Positions 31,230 through 43,235 of a stretch of 64,000 nucleotides of DNA are shown here, in pieces (the stretch's first letter is position 1; the number at the start of each line of letters is the position of its first letter). Origin of the DNA: an uncultured delta proteobacterium (GTDB taxonomy: Bacteria > Desulfobacterota > Binatia > Binatales > Binataceae); assembly GCA_963808235.1 (NCBI GenBank), contig CAWEEQ010000004.1, positions 736,001-800,000 of the forward strand, in the 5' to 3' direction. The position numbers and the translations under genes were made by a program. The notes beneath the pieces were generated by a model that worked only from the letters and a program-made list of their open reading frames with translations, was not told the DNA's origin and did no database searches.

Positions 31230-32252
31230 GTGAAGGCAATCGCAAAGACTCGGCCCGCACCGGGCGCCGAAGTAATCGAAACGTCCGCGCCGAGGCCGGC
31301 GGAAGGCGAACTCCTGGTTCGAGTCGGCGCGTGCGGAGTTTGCGGCTCCGACTTGCACATCGTCGATTGGGAACTCGGCGCCGAGCGGATGGTCGCGCGG
31401 CTCCCGTTCGTTCTCGGCCATGAACCCGCGGGCGAAGTCGTCGAGGTCGGTGAACGAGTCCGCAACTTCAAGGTTGGCGACCGCGTCGCGCTCGATCCGT
31501 TCGGGCAATGCGGGCGATGCGGTCCGTGCCGCGCCGGCCGCTTCCACCTGTGCGCATCACCGACCACGCTGTCCGGCGCGTTCGCGGAATTTACCGTCGC
31601 GCCGGTCGAGAACGCGCACCTGGTTCCCTCCTCGATGAATATGGAACAGGCGGCGCTGCTCGAACCCTTCGGCACCGGCCTTCATGCCGTCGAACAGTCA
31701 TGTCTTAAGGTGGGCGACAGTGCGGTGATCGAAGGGCCGGGACCGATCGGCCTCAGTATTGCCATGGCGGCGCGCGCGCTCGGCGTAACTTCGATCGTAA
31801 TGACCGGGCTCGCGGTCGATGCCGACCGGCTTGCGCTCGCGCGCAAGTTCGGATTCAAGACGGTCACGGCAGGTGCTCGGGATTGGATCGAGCAGGTGCG
31901 CGCGATGCTCCCGCCCGACGGCGCCGACGTCGTCTTCGATGCGGCCGGCGCGATCGATTCGCCGCGGGAGTTGATGCGCCGTGGTGGGCAGTTGATCGAA
32001 GTCGGATGGCCCGCGCGCGATCTTAAGGCTTCAGAGTTGCGCGCGCTGTTTTTTCATGGCGTCACGATCATCAATTCGCGAATTCGCACTCCCGAGACCT
32101 GGCGGCGTGCAATCGCGATAGTGGCGAGCGGTGCCGTTGACCTCGTTCCGATGGTTACCCATCGCTATCCTATTTCGCACGGACTCGAAGCATTCGATTT
32201 GCTCCGCGAACGGCGCGGAGTCAAGGCACTGATTATTCCCAGTGAAAAGTGA
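31230..32252 (+). CDS. Zinc-dependent (MDR) alcohol dehydrogenase, Tdh/sorbitol dehydrogenase-like
   Basis: CGVCGSDLH, GHE, CGRCGPCRAGRFHLC, GPGPIG. Confidence 0.93.
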   Translation: MKAIAKTRPAPGAEVIETSAPRPAEGELLVRVGACGVCGSDLHIVDWELGAERMVARLPFVLGHEPAGEVVEVGERVRNFKVGDRVALDPFGQCGRCGPCRAGRFHLCASPTTLSGAFAEFTVAPVENAHLVPSSMNMEQAALLEPFGTGLHAVEQSCLKVGDSAVIEGPGPIGLSIAMAARALGVTSIVMTGLAVDADRLALARKFGFKTVTAGARDWIEQVRAMLPPDGADVVFDAAGAIDSPRELMRRGGQLIEVGWPARDLKASELRALFFHGVTIINSRIRTPETWRRAIAIVASGAVDLVPMVTHRYPISHGLEAFDLLRERRGVKALIIPSEK

Positions 32253-32287
32253 ATAGTGAATAGCTAATAGCTATCTGGAGACCTCGT

Positions 32288-33407
32288 ATGAGAGACGGAT
32301 TCAAGATCGTTGATGTAGATACTCACTTGATGGAACCGGACTACGTATTCGAAAGATATATCGACGAGCGTTACAAGTCCGAGGCGCCAAAAATGGGTAT
32401 TGCTCCCGAGTCTGGCCGTCGCACCTTTCTGGTCGAAGGCGAGCCGTTCACGCGCGAGAAGGGAAAGTATCCGATGGCCGCGCCGGGTTTCCTGGACGCA
32501 GTGCGCAAGGCGATGAAGCGTTTCGAGCGCGCCGCGAAGCTCGGCTTCAGTCCCGAGAGTCGCCTGCTCGATATGGACGAGCAGGGCGTCGACGTCCAGA
32601 TCGTTTATCCGACCGCCGCGGGCCAGATGTTGGGCCGCGAATTTCGTGACCCTAAGCTGCTCGCCGCCTGCTGCCGCGCCTACAACGATTGGAGCGCGGA
32701 CTACTGTTCCAAGACCAGCGACCGGGTCAGATGGGCCGCGATCCTTCCGATGCAGGACGTCGGCGAAGCGATCAAAGAGGCCAACAGGGCGGCCGGAAAC
32801 GGCGCAATCAGCTTTTACGTTCGACCAAATCCGGTCCGCGGAAGGACAATCTTTCACGAAGACTACATGGCGCTTTGGGCCGAAGTCGAAAAACTCGGAA
32901 CGTCCGATCTCCACCCACGACTCGGGATCGGCATCGGTCGAATCGTTCGGCGATCGGATGGATACTCACGTCACCGGGCACATATTGTCGCACCCGTTCG
33001 AAGCGATGGCAGCGATGGCGGGGCTCATCTGGTACGGCGTCATCGAGAAATTTCCGAAGCTGCGGGTAGTGCAGGTCGAAGCCGACGGGGGATGGGTCCC
33101 TTACTGGTTACAGCGGATGGAACAGCATTGGGACTTCAGCGGAAATTCGGAACACGAGTATCTGAGCAGACGGCCGACTGAGTATTTCAAAAGTAACTTC
33201 TACGTGGCATTTCGTGGCGACGAGCCGACCATGAAGGCTGCCCTCGACATAGTTGGCGACGGCAACTTCCTCTGGGACACTGACTATCCACATCCCGACG
33301 GGACATTTCCTTGGGGCATCGGCGCGATGCTCAAGCAGTCAATCCCGGAATCGAGCAAGCGCAAGATCCTGTGGGATAATGCCGCTCGCGCGTTCGGATT
33401 CAACTGA
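32288..33407 (+). CDS. Amidohydrolase_2 family protein, split by a +1 frameshift near 32899
   Basis: VDVDTHLME, DMDEQGVD and AYNDW in the first frame; ISTHD, FPKLR and TDYPHPDG in the second frame. Confidence 0.85.
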
Positions 33408-33494
33408 GTAATCAAAGTAGCGCTCGAGTCCACGCACGAACAGGATTCGTTCGGAGGCAACGTCCGCGAATGGCTCGCGGGACCGAACTGGACC

Positions 33495-34931
33495 CTAACT
33501 GGCGAGCTTCTTTCGCAAGGTGTCGTTGATCACTCTGGGATTTGCCTTCCCGCCCATCGCCTTCATCACCGCGCCGACGAAGAATCCAAAAAGCTTGTCG
33601 CGACCCGCGCGATACTCGGCGACTTTTTCAGGCTCTGCCGCAAGCACCTTATCGCATGCCGCCGCGATCGCTCCCTCATCCGAAACTTGCGCGAGTCCAA
33701 GCGCGGCGATCGTTTTCGCTGCTCCGTCACCGGATTTGACCATCGCGGCAAATGCCGTCTTGGCCGCATTGAGGCTGATCTTCTGTTCCTCGATCATCCT
33801 CAACAGCGCGCCGACTTCCGCCGCCGGCGGCGCCGCTTCGCCGAGCGCTTTGCCAGAGTCGTGTGCGACGCGCAGCACTTCAGTCATTACCCAGTTCGCT
33901 GCGCTCTTTCGATTCTTGAGTCCCGGCAGGACCGCTTCGAAATAATCGGCCACTTCACGATCCGAGGTAAGCACGCCTGCCTCGTAGTCTGTGAGGCCCT
34001 CGCGAACATAGCGGGCGCGCCGGTCTGCCGGGAGTTCGGGCATCGACGCTCGCACTTGCTCGACCAGCTCGGGAGGAATGATCAGCGGTGGCAGGTCGGG
34101 CTCCGGAAAGTAGCGATAGTCATTCGCATACTCTTTCGAGCGCATCGACCGCGTCTCTTTTCGGACCGGATCCCACAGATGAGTTTCCTGCGGTACCTTG
34201 CCGCCCGCTTCGACAATCTCTATTTGCCGCGCAACCTCATACTCAATAGCGTCCTCGACGAAACGGAACGAGTTGAGGTTTTTGATCTCGGTCCTGACTC
34301 CGTATTCCTTCGCGCCGCGCTTGCGCACCGAGACGTTACAATCGCATCGAAAGCTTCCTTCCTCCATCTTGCCGTCGGACGCATCGACGTATCGAAGTAT
34401 CGCGCGCAGTTGGCGCAAATAAGCGCCCGCATCTTCAGCCGAGCGCAGGTCGGGCTCGCTGACAATCTCGATCAGTGGCACTCCTGAGCGATTGAAATCG
34501 ACCAGGCTGGCGCTCTCGCCGTGGATATTCTTGCCCGCATCTTCCTCGATATGAATCCGCGTCAGACCAATTCGGCGCGGTTCGCCATTACCGTTTGCGG
34601 GCAGGTCGATGTAGCCACCCTTGCAAATCGGAGTTTCGTACTGACTAATCTGATAACCCTTGGGCAGGTCCGGATAGAAATAGCTCTTTCGATCGAAAAT
34701 AGAATAGGGCGTGATAGTGCAATGCGCTGCCAGCCCGGTCCGAATAGCTAATTCCACTACCCGTCGATTGAGTACCGGCAGCACGCCAGGCATGCCCATG
34801 CAGATCGGACAGACGTTTGCGTTCGGCTCCGCGCCGAACTTCGTCGAGCATCCGCAAAACAGTTTCGAGCGAGTCAGAAGATGGGTATGGACTTCGAGTC
34901 CGATCACCGCTTCGTATGCTTCAGAATTCAT
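33495..34931 (-). CDS. gatB: Asp/Glu-tRNA amidotransferase subunit B
   Basis: VIGLEVH, YFYPDLPKGYQISQ, HIEEDAGK, EIKNLNSF, DYRYFPEPDL. Confidence 0.99.
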   Translation of the reverse strand: MNSEAYEAVIGLEVHTHLLTRSKLFCGCSTKFGAEPNANVCPICMGMPGVLPVLNRRVVELAIRTGLAAHCTITPYSIFDRKSYFYPDLPKGYQISQYETPICKGGYIDLPANGNGEPRRIGLTRIHIEEDAGKNIHGESASLVDFNRSGVPLIEIVSEPDLRSAEDAGAYLRQLRAILRYVDASDGKMEEGSFRCDCNVSVRKRGAKEYGVRTEIKNLNSFRFVEDAIEYEVARQIEIVEAGGKVPQETHLWDPVRKETRSMRSKEYANDYRYFPEPDLPPLIIPPELVEQVRASMPELPADRRARYVREGLTDYEAGVLTSDREVADYFEAVLPGLKNRKSAANWVMTEVLRVAHDSGKALGEAAPPAAEVGALLRMIEEQKISLNAAKTAFAAMVKSGDGAAKTIAALGLAQVSDEGAIAAACDKVLAAEPEKVAEYRAGRDKLFGFFVGAVMKAMGGKANPRVINDTLRKKLAS

Positions 34932-34943
34932 CGCAACTTCCCG

Positions 34944-36404
34944 TCAGACTGCGGGTGTCCGTGGCTTGGACGCTCCAGTGCGCTCGAACGCGTCGCCCGC
35001 CCGCAAAATCGTTTCTTCGGCAAATGGCGGCGCGATCAATTGCATCCCAATCGGCAGGCGATGCGAATCGTAGCCGCACGGAATCGACATTCCCGGCAGG
35101 CCGGCCAGGTTCACCGAAATAGTAAAAATGTCCGATAAGTACATCGTGAGCGGATCGTTCATTTTCTCGCCGATCTTGAACGCGGTCGTCGGCGCGACCG
35201 GCGTGACGATCAAATCGCACTTCTCGAACGCGCGCTCGAAGTCGTTGCGAATCAGGGTGCGCACTTTCTGACCTTTCAGATAGTACGCGTCATAGTAGCC
35301 CGCCGAGAGCGCGAACGTGCCGAGCATGATCCGTCGCTTGACCTCCGCGCCGAATCCCTGCGCCCGAGTAGTTTCATACAGCTCGATATTGTCCTCCGCG
35401 CTCGCGCGCAGGCCGAAGCGGATGCCATCATAGCGCGCGAGATTGGCGCTCGCCTCCGCAGTCGCGACCAGGTAATACGCCGCGATCGCATAGCCCGTGT
35501 GCGGCAACGAGATCTCAACCGTCGATGCGCCGAGCGATTCGTAGTTCTTCAGCGCCGCGCGCACCGACCTTTCGACTTCAGGTTCCATTCCTTCGACGAA
35601 AAATTCTTTCGGGACACCGATCCTGAGACCCTTCACGTTGCCGGTCAGCGCGTGCTCGTAGTCGGGCACCGGACGCGCCGAGCAGGTTGAATCGCAAGGG
35701 TCCTTGCCCGCAAGCGTGCGCAGCATGATCGCGGCATCGCGAACCGACTTTGCAAACGGTCCGACTTGATCGAGTGACGATGCGTACGCGACGACGCCGT
35801 AGCGGCTGACCCGGCTGTAAGTCGGCTTGAGTCCGACCACTCCGCAAAACGACGCCGGCTCGCGAATCGATCCTCCCGTGTCCGTGCCGAGCGCGCCCAG
35901 GCATTCATGCGCCGCGACCGCCGCCGCCGATCCACCAGACGATCCGCCGGCGACTCGGCCCGTGTCGTGCGGATTCAAGGTCGGCCCGAACGCCGAATTC
36001 TCCGTCGACGAACCCATCGCGAATTCATCCATGTTCGTCTTGCCGACGAACACCGCGCCATCGGCACGAAGGCGCGCGATCACCGTCGCATCGAAAGGCG
36101 GCACGAAATTCTCGAGGATTCGCGACGCGCACGTCGTGCGAACACCTTTGGTCGCGTAGATGTCCTTGATTCCCAGCGGAATTCCGCACAACGCCGGCGC
36201 ATCGCCTGCCGCAAGCCGCGCGTCTGCCTGACGCGCCTGCGCGGCCGCTTCCTTCTCGCACACAGTAATGAATGCATTAAGCTTCGGCTCGACTGCCGCA
36301 ATTCGGCCGAGACAATCGCGCGTCAGTTGAAGCGCCGAGATTTCGCGCTTACGCAGCATAGCGGACGCTTCCGCGATCGTGAGCTTGTTGAGTTCCGAGG
36401 CCAT
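34944..36404 (-). CDS. gatA: Asp/Glu-tRNA amidotransferase subunit A
   Basis: [40 protein letters not shown]. Confidence 0.99.
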   Translation of the reverse strand: MASELNKLTIAEASAMLRKREISALQLTRDCLGRIAAVEPKLNAFITVCEKEAAAQARQADARLAAGDAPALCGIPLGIKDIYATKGVRTTCASRILENFVPPFDATVIARLRADGAVFVGKTNMDEFAMGSSTENSAFGPTLNPHDTGRVAGGSSGGSAAAVAAHECLGALGTDTGGSIREPASFCGVVGLKPTYSRVSRYGVVAYASSLDQVGPFAKSVRDAAIMLRTLAGKDPCDSTCSARPVPDYEHALTGNVKGLRIGVPKEFFVEGMEPEVERSVRAALKNYESLGASTVEISLPHTGYAIAAYYLVATAEASANLARYDGIRFGLRASAEDNIELYETTRAQGFGAEVKRRIMLGTFALSAGYYDAYYLKGQKVRTLIRNDFERAFEKCDLIVTPVAPTTAFKIGEKMNDPLTMYLSDIFTISVNLAGLPGMSIPCGYDSHRLPIGMQLIAPPFAEETILRAGDAFERTGASKPRTPAV

Positions 36405-36410
36405 TACTTT

Positions 36411-36707
36411 CTATTCGATAATTTTCGGAACTTTGAAGTAGTTGCGATCACGCGACGGAGCATTCGCGAGCATAGCGTCCGCCGCCGGCTGATTCGTCAC
36501 TTCGTCGTCGCGCATCGGAGTTCCCGCCTCGCCGACCTGGGTCGTCGGCGCAACCTCCCCGGTATCCAGCTCGTTCAGCTTGTCCACGTATGCGAGCATC
36601 TCGTCCATGTCGGCGCGCACGGCCTCTTCCTGATCCGCCGAGAGCCGCAGCCGCGCCAGGCGCGCGACGTGGCGAACCTGTTCCAGCGTTATTTTCGTTT
36701 CAGCCAT
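36411..36707 (-). CDS. gatC: Asp/Glu-tRNA amidotransferase subunit C
   Basis: ITLEQVRHVARLARL, LNELDT, NAP, FKVPKIIE. Confidence 0.96.
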   Translation of the reverse strand: MAETKITLEQVRHVARLARLRLSADQEEAVRADMDEMLAYVDKLNELDTGEVAPTTQVGEAGTPMRDDEVTNQPAADAMLANAPSRDRNYFKVPKIIE

Positions 36708-36743
36708 TGCGGTCGCGTAAGTCCTTTTTTTGCTTCCGCGCAA

Positions 36744-36772
36744 ATCGTAACATTCCCCGAGATTCATGTCAG
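36744..36772 (-). promoter_or_regulatory. Sigma70 promoter of gatCAB
   Basis: CTGACA-17 bp-TACGAT with an extended -10 TG. Confidence 0.6.
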
Positions 36773-37065
36773 TCGGTACACGGCACGGGTTGCCGCCGCG
36801 GAGAGCGGGCGTAATTTGTGCCGGGAGGCCATTTTTGCCCGGGTTGCCATTAGTTGCCATCCTGGGAACCGAGGGCGTCGGTCGGCGGCGGTGGGCGATG
36901 AGGAAAGCCGTATCAGATATGGGGAATCGAGTTGCCGGAGTTGTTGGCGGACGCCGAAATTGAATCGCGACAGTTCGTTTACAGAAGGATGTCACAGTGA
37001 ATAAAGTTTGCGCAGCGAAGATGACGATCGTGGTTCAACACAGAAGAGATTGTACCGGGGCGGTT

Positions 37066-37080
37066 TGACAACGGTTGTCA
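37066..37080. promoter_or_regulatory. Perfect palindrome, candidate operator
   Basis: TGACAAC-G-GTTGTCA overlapping a TTGACA hexamer upstream of yraN-serS. Confidence 0.35.
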
Positions 37081-37105
37081 GGAAGGTCGCAAACGCGGGT
37101 CGGGT

Positions 37106-37510
37106 ATGATCAAGCCGCGCGATGTGATTTCCCGGGCGGTTGCATTGGTTGGGCGGCTTCGGGAAGAGTTGCCGCTTGGCCGCGCCGGCGAGCGAGCCGC
37201 CGAAAAGTATTTGAAGCGCAACGGTTACAGGATCGTCGCGAGGAACTTCCGCGCCGCCGGAGCGGAAATCGATATGGTGGCGATGGACGGCGATACGTTG
37301 GTGTTCGTCGAGGTGAAGACCCGGCGCAGCCGTATCGCCGGTGCGCCGGAGGAGGCCGTTGATAAGCGCAAGCAGCATCGGATGCGCCGTGCGGCCGAAG
37401 CGTTTTTGGTGCAGTATCGAGCGGGTGAGAAGGAGCTGCGCTTCGATATCGTGGCGGTGGACGCTGGGGGGAAGCGGCTGGGGATTGAACTTTTGAGGAA
37501 TGCGTTCTGA
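37106..37510 (+). CDS. yraN: YraN (UPF0102) family putative nuclease
   Basis: GRAGERAA, GYRIVARNFR, EIDMVA, LVFVEVKTR, RFDIV. Confidence 0.93.
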   Translation: MIKPRDVISRAVALVGRLREELPLGRAGERAAEKYLKRNGYRIVARNFRAAGAEIDMVAMDGDTLVFVEVKTRRSRIAGAPEEAVDKRKQHRMRRAAEAFLVQYRAGEKELRFDIVAVDAGGKRLGIELLRNAF

Positions 37511-38850
<1,340 letters not shown>

Positions 38851-38893
38851 GAGAGAGATTTGGGTAGCCTCATCGCGGATTCGGAGCGGAGCA

Positions 38894-38980
38894 GAATCTT
38901 GAATCGCGCGCTTAGAGATGCGCGCTGAATAAGGTCCCTCACCTTCGATCATCTCCCATTGGGAGAGGGGAAGAGGCGAT
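38894..38980 (+). repeat. 87-bp direct repeat, copy 1 (left flank of the DUF559 gene)
   Basis: 79/87 identical to 39461-39547; contains a GCGCGC-N8-GCGCGC hairpin and CCCTCACC...TCTCCCA-T-TGGGAGAGGGG. Confidence 0.95.
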
Positions 38981-39029
38981 CCGCTCCTATCGGGTAGAGA
39001 GGATGAGGAGTCGGGGCAGTGTGCCAGGC

Positions 39030-39407
39030 TCAGCTTCGATCATCTCCTATCTCCAGAGGGGAGTCAGAGCTCAGAAATTTCGCGATCTCGGCTAGCACCA
39101 GGTCGGTGTTCTCGAGCACTTGATCATTCCAGAATCGGAGTACGCGATATCGCAGCGAATTCAGGAAAGAGGTGCGCTTATGGTCTTCGTCGGCTTGTGC
39201 TGCGTGCTGGCCGCCATCGAGTTCGATTATAATCTGGAGTTCGGGTGAACAAAAATCCGCGAAGTACGGACCGATCGGAAATTGGCGACGGAACTTGACG
39301 TTGCACATTCGCCTGCCGCGCAGCTGACGCCATAGGATTTGTTCGGCTGGGGTCTGCTCGCGGCGCAGTCTGCGGGCGGTTTGGTGAGAGGATTCGGACG
39401 AAGGCAT
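39030..39407 (-). CDS. DUF559 (YcjD/Vsr-like PD-(D/E)xK) endonuclease domain protein
   Basis: ARRLRREQTPAEQILWRQLR, KFRRQFPIGPYFADF, IIELDGGQH, YRVLRFWNDQV. Confidence 0.95.
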   Translation of the reverse strand: MPSSESSHQTARRLRREQTPAEQILWRQLRGRRMCNVKFRRQFPIGPYFADFCSPELQIIIELDGGQHAAQADEDHKRTSFLNSLRYRVLRFWNDQVLENTDLVLAEIAKFLSSDSPLEIGDDRS

Positions 39408-39460
39408 GAATGGATAAATTTCGCGCCCGCGAATGAAAAAACAAGGCACCTGGGGAACCG

Positions 39461-39547
39461 GAATTTTGAATCGCGCGCCAAAAAACGCGCGCTGGATAAG
39501 GTCCCTCACCTTCGATCCTCTCCCATTGGGAGAGGGGAAGAGGCGAT
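39461..39547 (+). repeat. 87-bp direct repeat, copy 2 (right flank of the DUF559 gene)
   Basis: See copy 1; its TAAGGTCCC (39497-39505) has an inverted match GGGACCTTA at 39620-39628. Confidence 0.95.
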
Positions 39548-39746
39548 TAAGTCTGGTGATTTCGCGCTAGATTCTCGATGCCGTGGATCAATTCGCGCAG
39601 GTCTTCGCGGCGAGTCTCGGGGACCTTACGATTTCCACTTGATTGGCGACTATCCATTTGCCGAAATATATAGCTGAACGCGGCACGAAGCTGCTGATTC
39701 CAGTAATTTCGCCCTAAATTCGCTGATTCACTTCGATTTCCAGCCT

Positions 39747-39780
39747 CCGTAACATTCCCGAAACAATCGATGCGTATGAT
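39747..39780 (+). promoter_or_regulatory. PHO box-like tandem repeat with -10 element
   Basis: 11-bp tandem CCGTAACATTC/CCGAAACAATC; the 18-bp box ends 10 bp before TATGAT (39775-39780), the canonical PhoB promoter geometry, upstream of pstC. Confidence 0.7.
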
Positions 39781-39840
39781 TTCCACGACGGAACCCTCAA
39801 AATTGTGGAGAGTCCGCAAAATCTGAAGGAAGAGCATCGC

Positions 39841-40854
39841 TTGTCCGAATTAGAAAGTTCGATGGACGACAGCGTCGCGCGCGATAGCGCTCCCTCCGTT
39901 CGCCGCGAACGCGCGAGGACGCCGGTGCATGTGCGTCTGTTCGGCGATCGCATCTTCAACGCCGCCACCTTCGTGCTCGCCCTTTCGATCCTCGCACTGC
40001 TGTTTGGACTTGCGATCGCGCTGATCATCAGCAGCTTCCCCGCGATTCGCGCCTTCGGACTGCATTTCTTTGTCAGCTCGAATTGGGATCCGGTTACCGA
40101 TCAGTACGGCGCGCTGCCCTTCATCTATGGAACCTTCGTATCGTCATTCCTCGCGTTGATAATCGCGGTGCCGCTGAGCCTAGGCGTCGCGCTATGCCTG
40201 AGCGAGATGGCGCCCGACTGGCTCAGCCATCGGCTGGGATTTCTGGTCGATCTGCTCGCCGCGATCCCGAGCGTCGTCTACGGACTGTGGGCGGTGTTCG
40301 TGATGGGCCCGTGGATTCGCGATTACCTCGAGCCGCCGCTGGCGCATCACCTCGGCTTCCTCCCTTTTTTCCAGGGTCCGAAAGTGTCGGTCGGGATGCT
40401 ATCGGCGGGAGTAATTCTCGCCATCATGATCATTCCTTACATCTCGTCGGTGTGCACCGACGTCTTTCGCGTCGTTCCACATACCCAGCGAGAGGCGGCG
40501 CTAGCGCTTGGCGCGACCAAGTGGGAGATGGTCAAGACTGCGGTAATCCCATACGGCATGACCGGCGTGATCGGCGCGATCATCCTGGGTCTCGGGCGAG
40601 CGCTCGGCGAGACGATCGCGGTTGCGATGGTGATCGGCAACTCGGCGGAGATTTCCGCGTCTCTATTCAAGCCGGCCGCGACCCTGGCCAGCGTCATCGC
40701 CAACGAGTTCGCCGAAGCGACTTCCGACATGTACGTCGCCGCGTTGATCGAACTTGGACTGGTGCTGTTGATCCTCGGAATCGCGCTCAACGTGGTTGCG
40801 CGCGCGCTGGTCCTCGGTGTGCAGCAGCGGCGCTACCGCGAGGTGGGCCGATAA
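39841..40854 (+). CDS. pstC: Phosphate ABC transporter permease PstC
   Basis: WDP, YGALPFIYGT, LAAIPSVVYGLW, EAALALGATKWE, LGRALGETIAV; start uncertain (39805, 39841 or 39862). Confidence 0.96.
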   Translation: MSELESSMDDSVARDSAPSVRRERARTPVHVRLFGDRIFNAATFVLALSILALLFGLAIALIISSFPAIRAFGLHFFVSSNWDPVTDQYGALPFIYGTFVSSFLALIIAVPLSLGVALCLSEMAPDWLSHRLGFLVDLLAAIPSVVYGLWAVFVMGPWIRDYLEPPLAHHLGFLPFFQGPKVSVGMLSAGVILAIMIIPYISSVCTDVFRVVPHTQREAALALGATKWEMVKTAVIPYGMTGVIGAIILGLGRALGETIAVAMVIGNSAEISASLFKPAATLASVIANEFAEATSDMYVAALIELGLVLLILGIALNVVARALVLGVQQRRYREVGR

Positions 40855-41729
40855 TGGCAGCGGGCGCCAGTGCTCTTCGCGGCGAGACCAGCTATCGGTA
40901 TCGCAAGTTCAAGAGCGACTCGATGATGGCGATTACGGTCGGTGCGACGATCCTCACCTTGATCCCGCTCTTCCTCGTGCTCGGCTACCTGCTCACCAAG
41001 GGCGTCGCCAGTCTCAACTGGGCGTTCTTCACGCATATGCCGGCGCCGGTCGGTGAGAAGGGCGGGGGGATGGCCAACGCGATCGTCGGGACATTAGAAG
41101 TGGTGGGTATCGCGTGCCTGATCGGAGTGCCGATCGGAGTCGGCGCGGGCCTCTATCTCGCCGCCAATCGTGCGCGCCAGTTCACGAATTGGGTGCGCTT
41201 TTCGGCCGACGTCCTGATGGGCGTGCCTTCGATCGTGGTCGGAATCTTCGCCTATGCGATCGTCGTGCGCCCGTTCGGCGGCTTCTCGACGCTGGCGGGA
41301 TCGGTCGCGCTCGCGGCGATCATGATCCCGCTGGTCACACGAACCACCGAGGAGATGGTGCTGCTGGTGCCGCCCGAACTGCGCGAGGCGTCGCTCGCGC
41401 TCGGGGTGCCGCAATGGCGCACGACGCTGTCTGTAGTCGCGCGCACCGCGCTGTCCGGAATCGCCACCGGCGTCATCCTGGCGATCGCGCGAGTCGCCGG
41501 CGAGACCGCGCCGCTGCTGTTTACCGCATTCGGTAATCGGTTCTGGTCGACCTCGCTCTTTCATCCGATCAACACGCTGACGGTCCAGGTTTACACCTAC
41601 GCGATCTCGCCGTTTGCCGACTGGCAGCGGCAGGCGTGGGCCGGGGCGCTGGTGCTTACGGGAATAATTCTCACGCTCGAGTTGGGCGTGCGATGGGTGA
41701 CGGGTGGGGCGGCGAAAGCGCCAAGGTAA
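40854..41729 (+). CDS. pstA: Phosphate ABC transporter permease PstA
   Basis: [39 protein letters not shown]. Confidence 0.96.
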   Translation: MAAGASALRGETSYRYRKFKSDSMMAITVGATILTLIPLFLVLGYLLTKGVASLNWAFFTHMPAPVGEKGGGMANAIVGTLEVVGIACLIGVPIGVGAGLYLAANRARQFTNWVRFSADVLMGVPSIVVGIFAYAIVVRPFGGFSTLAGSVALAAIMIPLVTRTTEEMVLLVPPELREASLALGVPQWRTTLSVVARTALSGIATGVILAIARVAGETAPLLFTAFGNRFWSTSLFHPINTLTVQVYTYAISPFADWQRQAWAGALVLTGIILTLELGVRWVTGGAAKAPR

Positions 41730-41731
41730 CC

Positions 41732-42493
41732 ATGGCCGAAAAACTTGTCGTCAAACAGCTCAACGCGTACTTTCACAAGAATCGCGCGCTGCACGACGTT
41801 AGCCTCGCCTTCGAGGAAAATCGCGTCGCCGCGATCATCGGTCCCTCGGGATGCGGCAAATCCACTTTGGTGCGATGCCTCAACCGGATGCATGAGGTCG
41901 TGCCCGGCGCGACGGCCACCGGCGAGGTGATGCTCGACGGGAATAACATCTACGGCGAAGATGTCGATCCGGTGCAGGTGCGGCGCCGAATCGGGATGGT
42001 ATTCCAGAAGCCGACGCCGTTTCCGACCATGTCGATCGAAGACAATGTAGCCGCCGGCCTGACGCTGAACGGCGTGAGTATCAGCCGCGCCGAGCGCGAC
42101 CAGGTAATCGAGCGAAGCCTGCGCCAGGCGGCCCTTTGGGAAGAAGTGAAGGATCGTTTGCGCCGGCCCGGCGCGAGTCTTTCCGGCGGGCAGCAGCAGC
42201 GCCTATGCGTCGCCCGCGCACTCGCGGTTCAGCCCGAGGTGCTCCTGATGGACGAGCCGTGCTCCGCGCTCGATCCGATCTCCACCGCGCGCATCGAGGA
42301 ACTATTGCTGGAACTGAAGTCGGCGTACACTATCGTCATAGTGACGCACAACATGCAGCAAGCTGCACGCTGCTCCGACATGACAGCCTTCATGTACACC
42401 GGCGATCTGGTCGAATACGGCGAGACCAAGCAGATATTTACGAATCCCACCCGGCGCGAGACTGAAGATTACATCACCGGGCGGTTCGGCTGA
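41732..42493 (+). CDS. pstB: Phosphate ABC transporter ATP-binding protein
   Basis: [45 protein letters not shown]. Confidence 0.98.
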   Translation: MAEKLVVKQLNAYFHKNRALHDVSLAFEENRVAAIIGPSGCGKSTLVRCLNRMHEVVPGATATGEVMLDGNNIYGEDVDPVQVRRRIGMVFQKPTPFPTMSIEDNVAAGLTLNGVSISRAERDQVIERSLRQAALWEEVKDRLRRPGASLSGGQQQRLCVARALAVQPEVLLMDEPCSALDPISTARIEELLLELKSAYTIVIVTHNMQQAARCSDMTAFMYTGDLVEYGETKQIFTNPTRRETEDYITGRFG

Positions 42494-42510
42494 GATCGCT
42501 GGAGACGCAA

Positions 42511-43215
42511 ATGGATAGCACACAGCCGCAGCATACCAACAGGCAATACGAAGAGGATTTGCGCGCCTTGCGGGCCGGTCTGCTCAAGATGGGCGGACTG
42601 GTCGAGCGGCAGATTGCCGAAGCCGTCGAGGCGCTGGTCAATCGGGACAGCGAGCACGCCCGCGAAGTGATTCAGCGCGACGACGAAGTTAACAAGATGG
42701 ACACCGAGAACGACGAGCAATGCATCCGCCTGCTCGCGCTCCATCAGCCCACAGCCAGCGATTTGCGCTTCATCACGACCGGCCTCAAGATTACGACCGA
42801 CCTCGAACGAATCGGCGACAACGCCGTCAACATCTGCGAGCGCTCCCTCGAACTCAACGAGGTACCGCAGCTTAAACCTTATATCGACCTGCCGCGGATG
42901 GCCGAGATCGCGCAGTCGATGGTCAAGGATAGTATCGACGCGTTCATGCGCGACGATACCGAGCTCGCCGACCAGGTGATCGCCCGCGATGACGAAGTCG
43001 ATCTGCTCAACTACCAGGTCTATCGCGAGCTGCTCAGCTACATGGCGGAGGACCCGCACACGATTGCGTCCGCGACCCGCCTGCTGTTCGTCTCAAAGTA
43101 CCTCGAACGCATCGCCGATCACGCGACCAACATCGCCGAGATGGTCACCTACATGGTCAAGGGCAAAATGATTCGTCACATGGAAAGCAAGAAGCGGGGA
43201 ACCGGAACGGAGTAA
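42511..43215 (+). CDS. phoU: Phosphate signalling protein PhoU
   Basis: QPTASDLR, DLERIGD, DDEVD, LERIADHATNIAE. Confidence 0.97.
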   Translation: MDSTQPQHTNRQYEEDLRALRAGLLKMGGLVERQIAEAVEALVNRDSEHAREVIQRDDEVNKMDTENDEQCIRLLALHQPTASDLRFITTGLKITTDLERIGDNAVNICERSLELNEVPQLKPYIDLPRMAEIAQSMVKDSIDAFMRDDTELADQVIARDDEVDLLNYQVYRELLSYMAEDPHTIASATRLLFVSKYLERIADHATNIAEMVTYMVKGKMIRHMESKKRGTGTE

Positions 43216-43235
43216 GCGGGGAGGAGGGGGAGCGA

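Noticed and set aside
36895-36915. GAGGAAAG near yraN, suggesting RNase P RNA
   Set aside because: It is not followed by TCC, and the other conserved rnpB segments are missing.
36708-36995. 96-codon in-frame extension upstream of gatC
   Set aside because: A good promoter and SD lie within it, and GatC similarity begins at 36707.
38894-39547. CRISPR array or classical IS/composite transposon
   Set aside because: Only two long repeats around a gene; no spacers, cas genes, transposase or evident target-site duplication.
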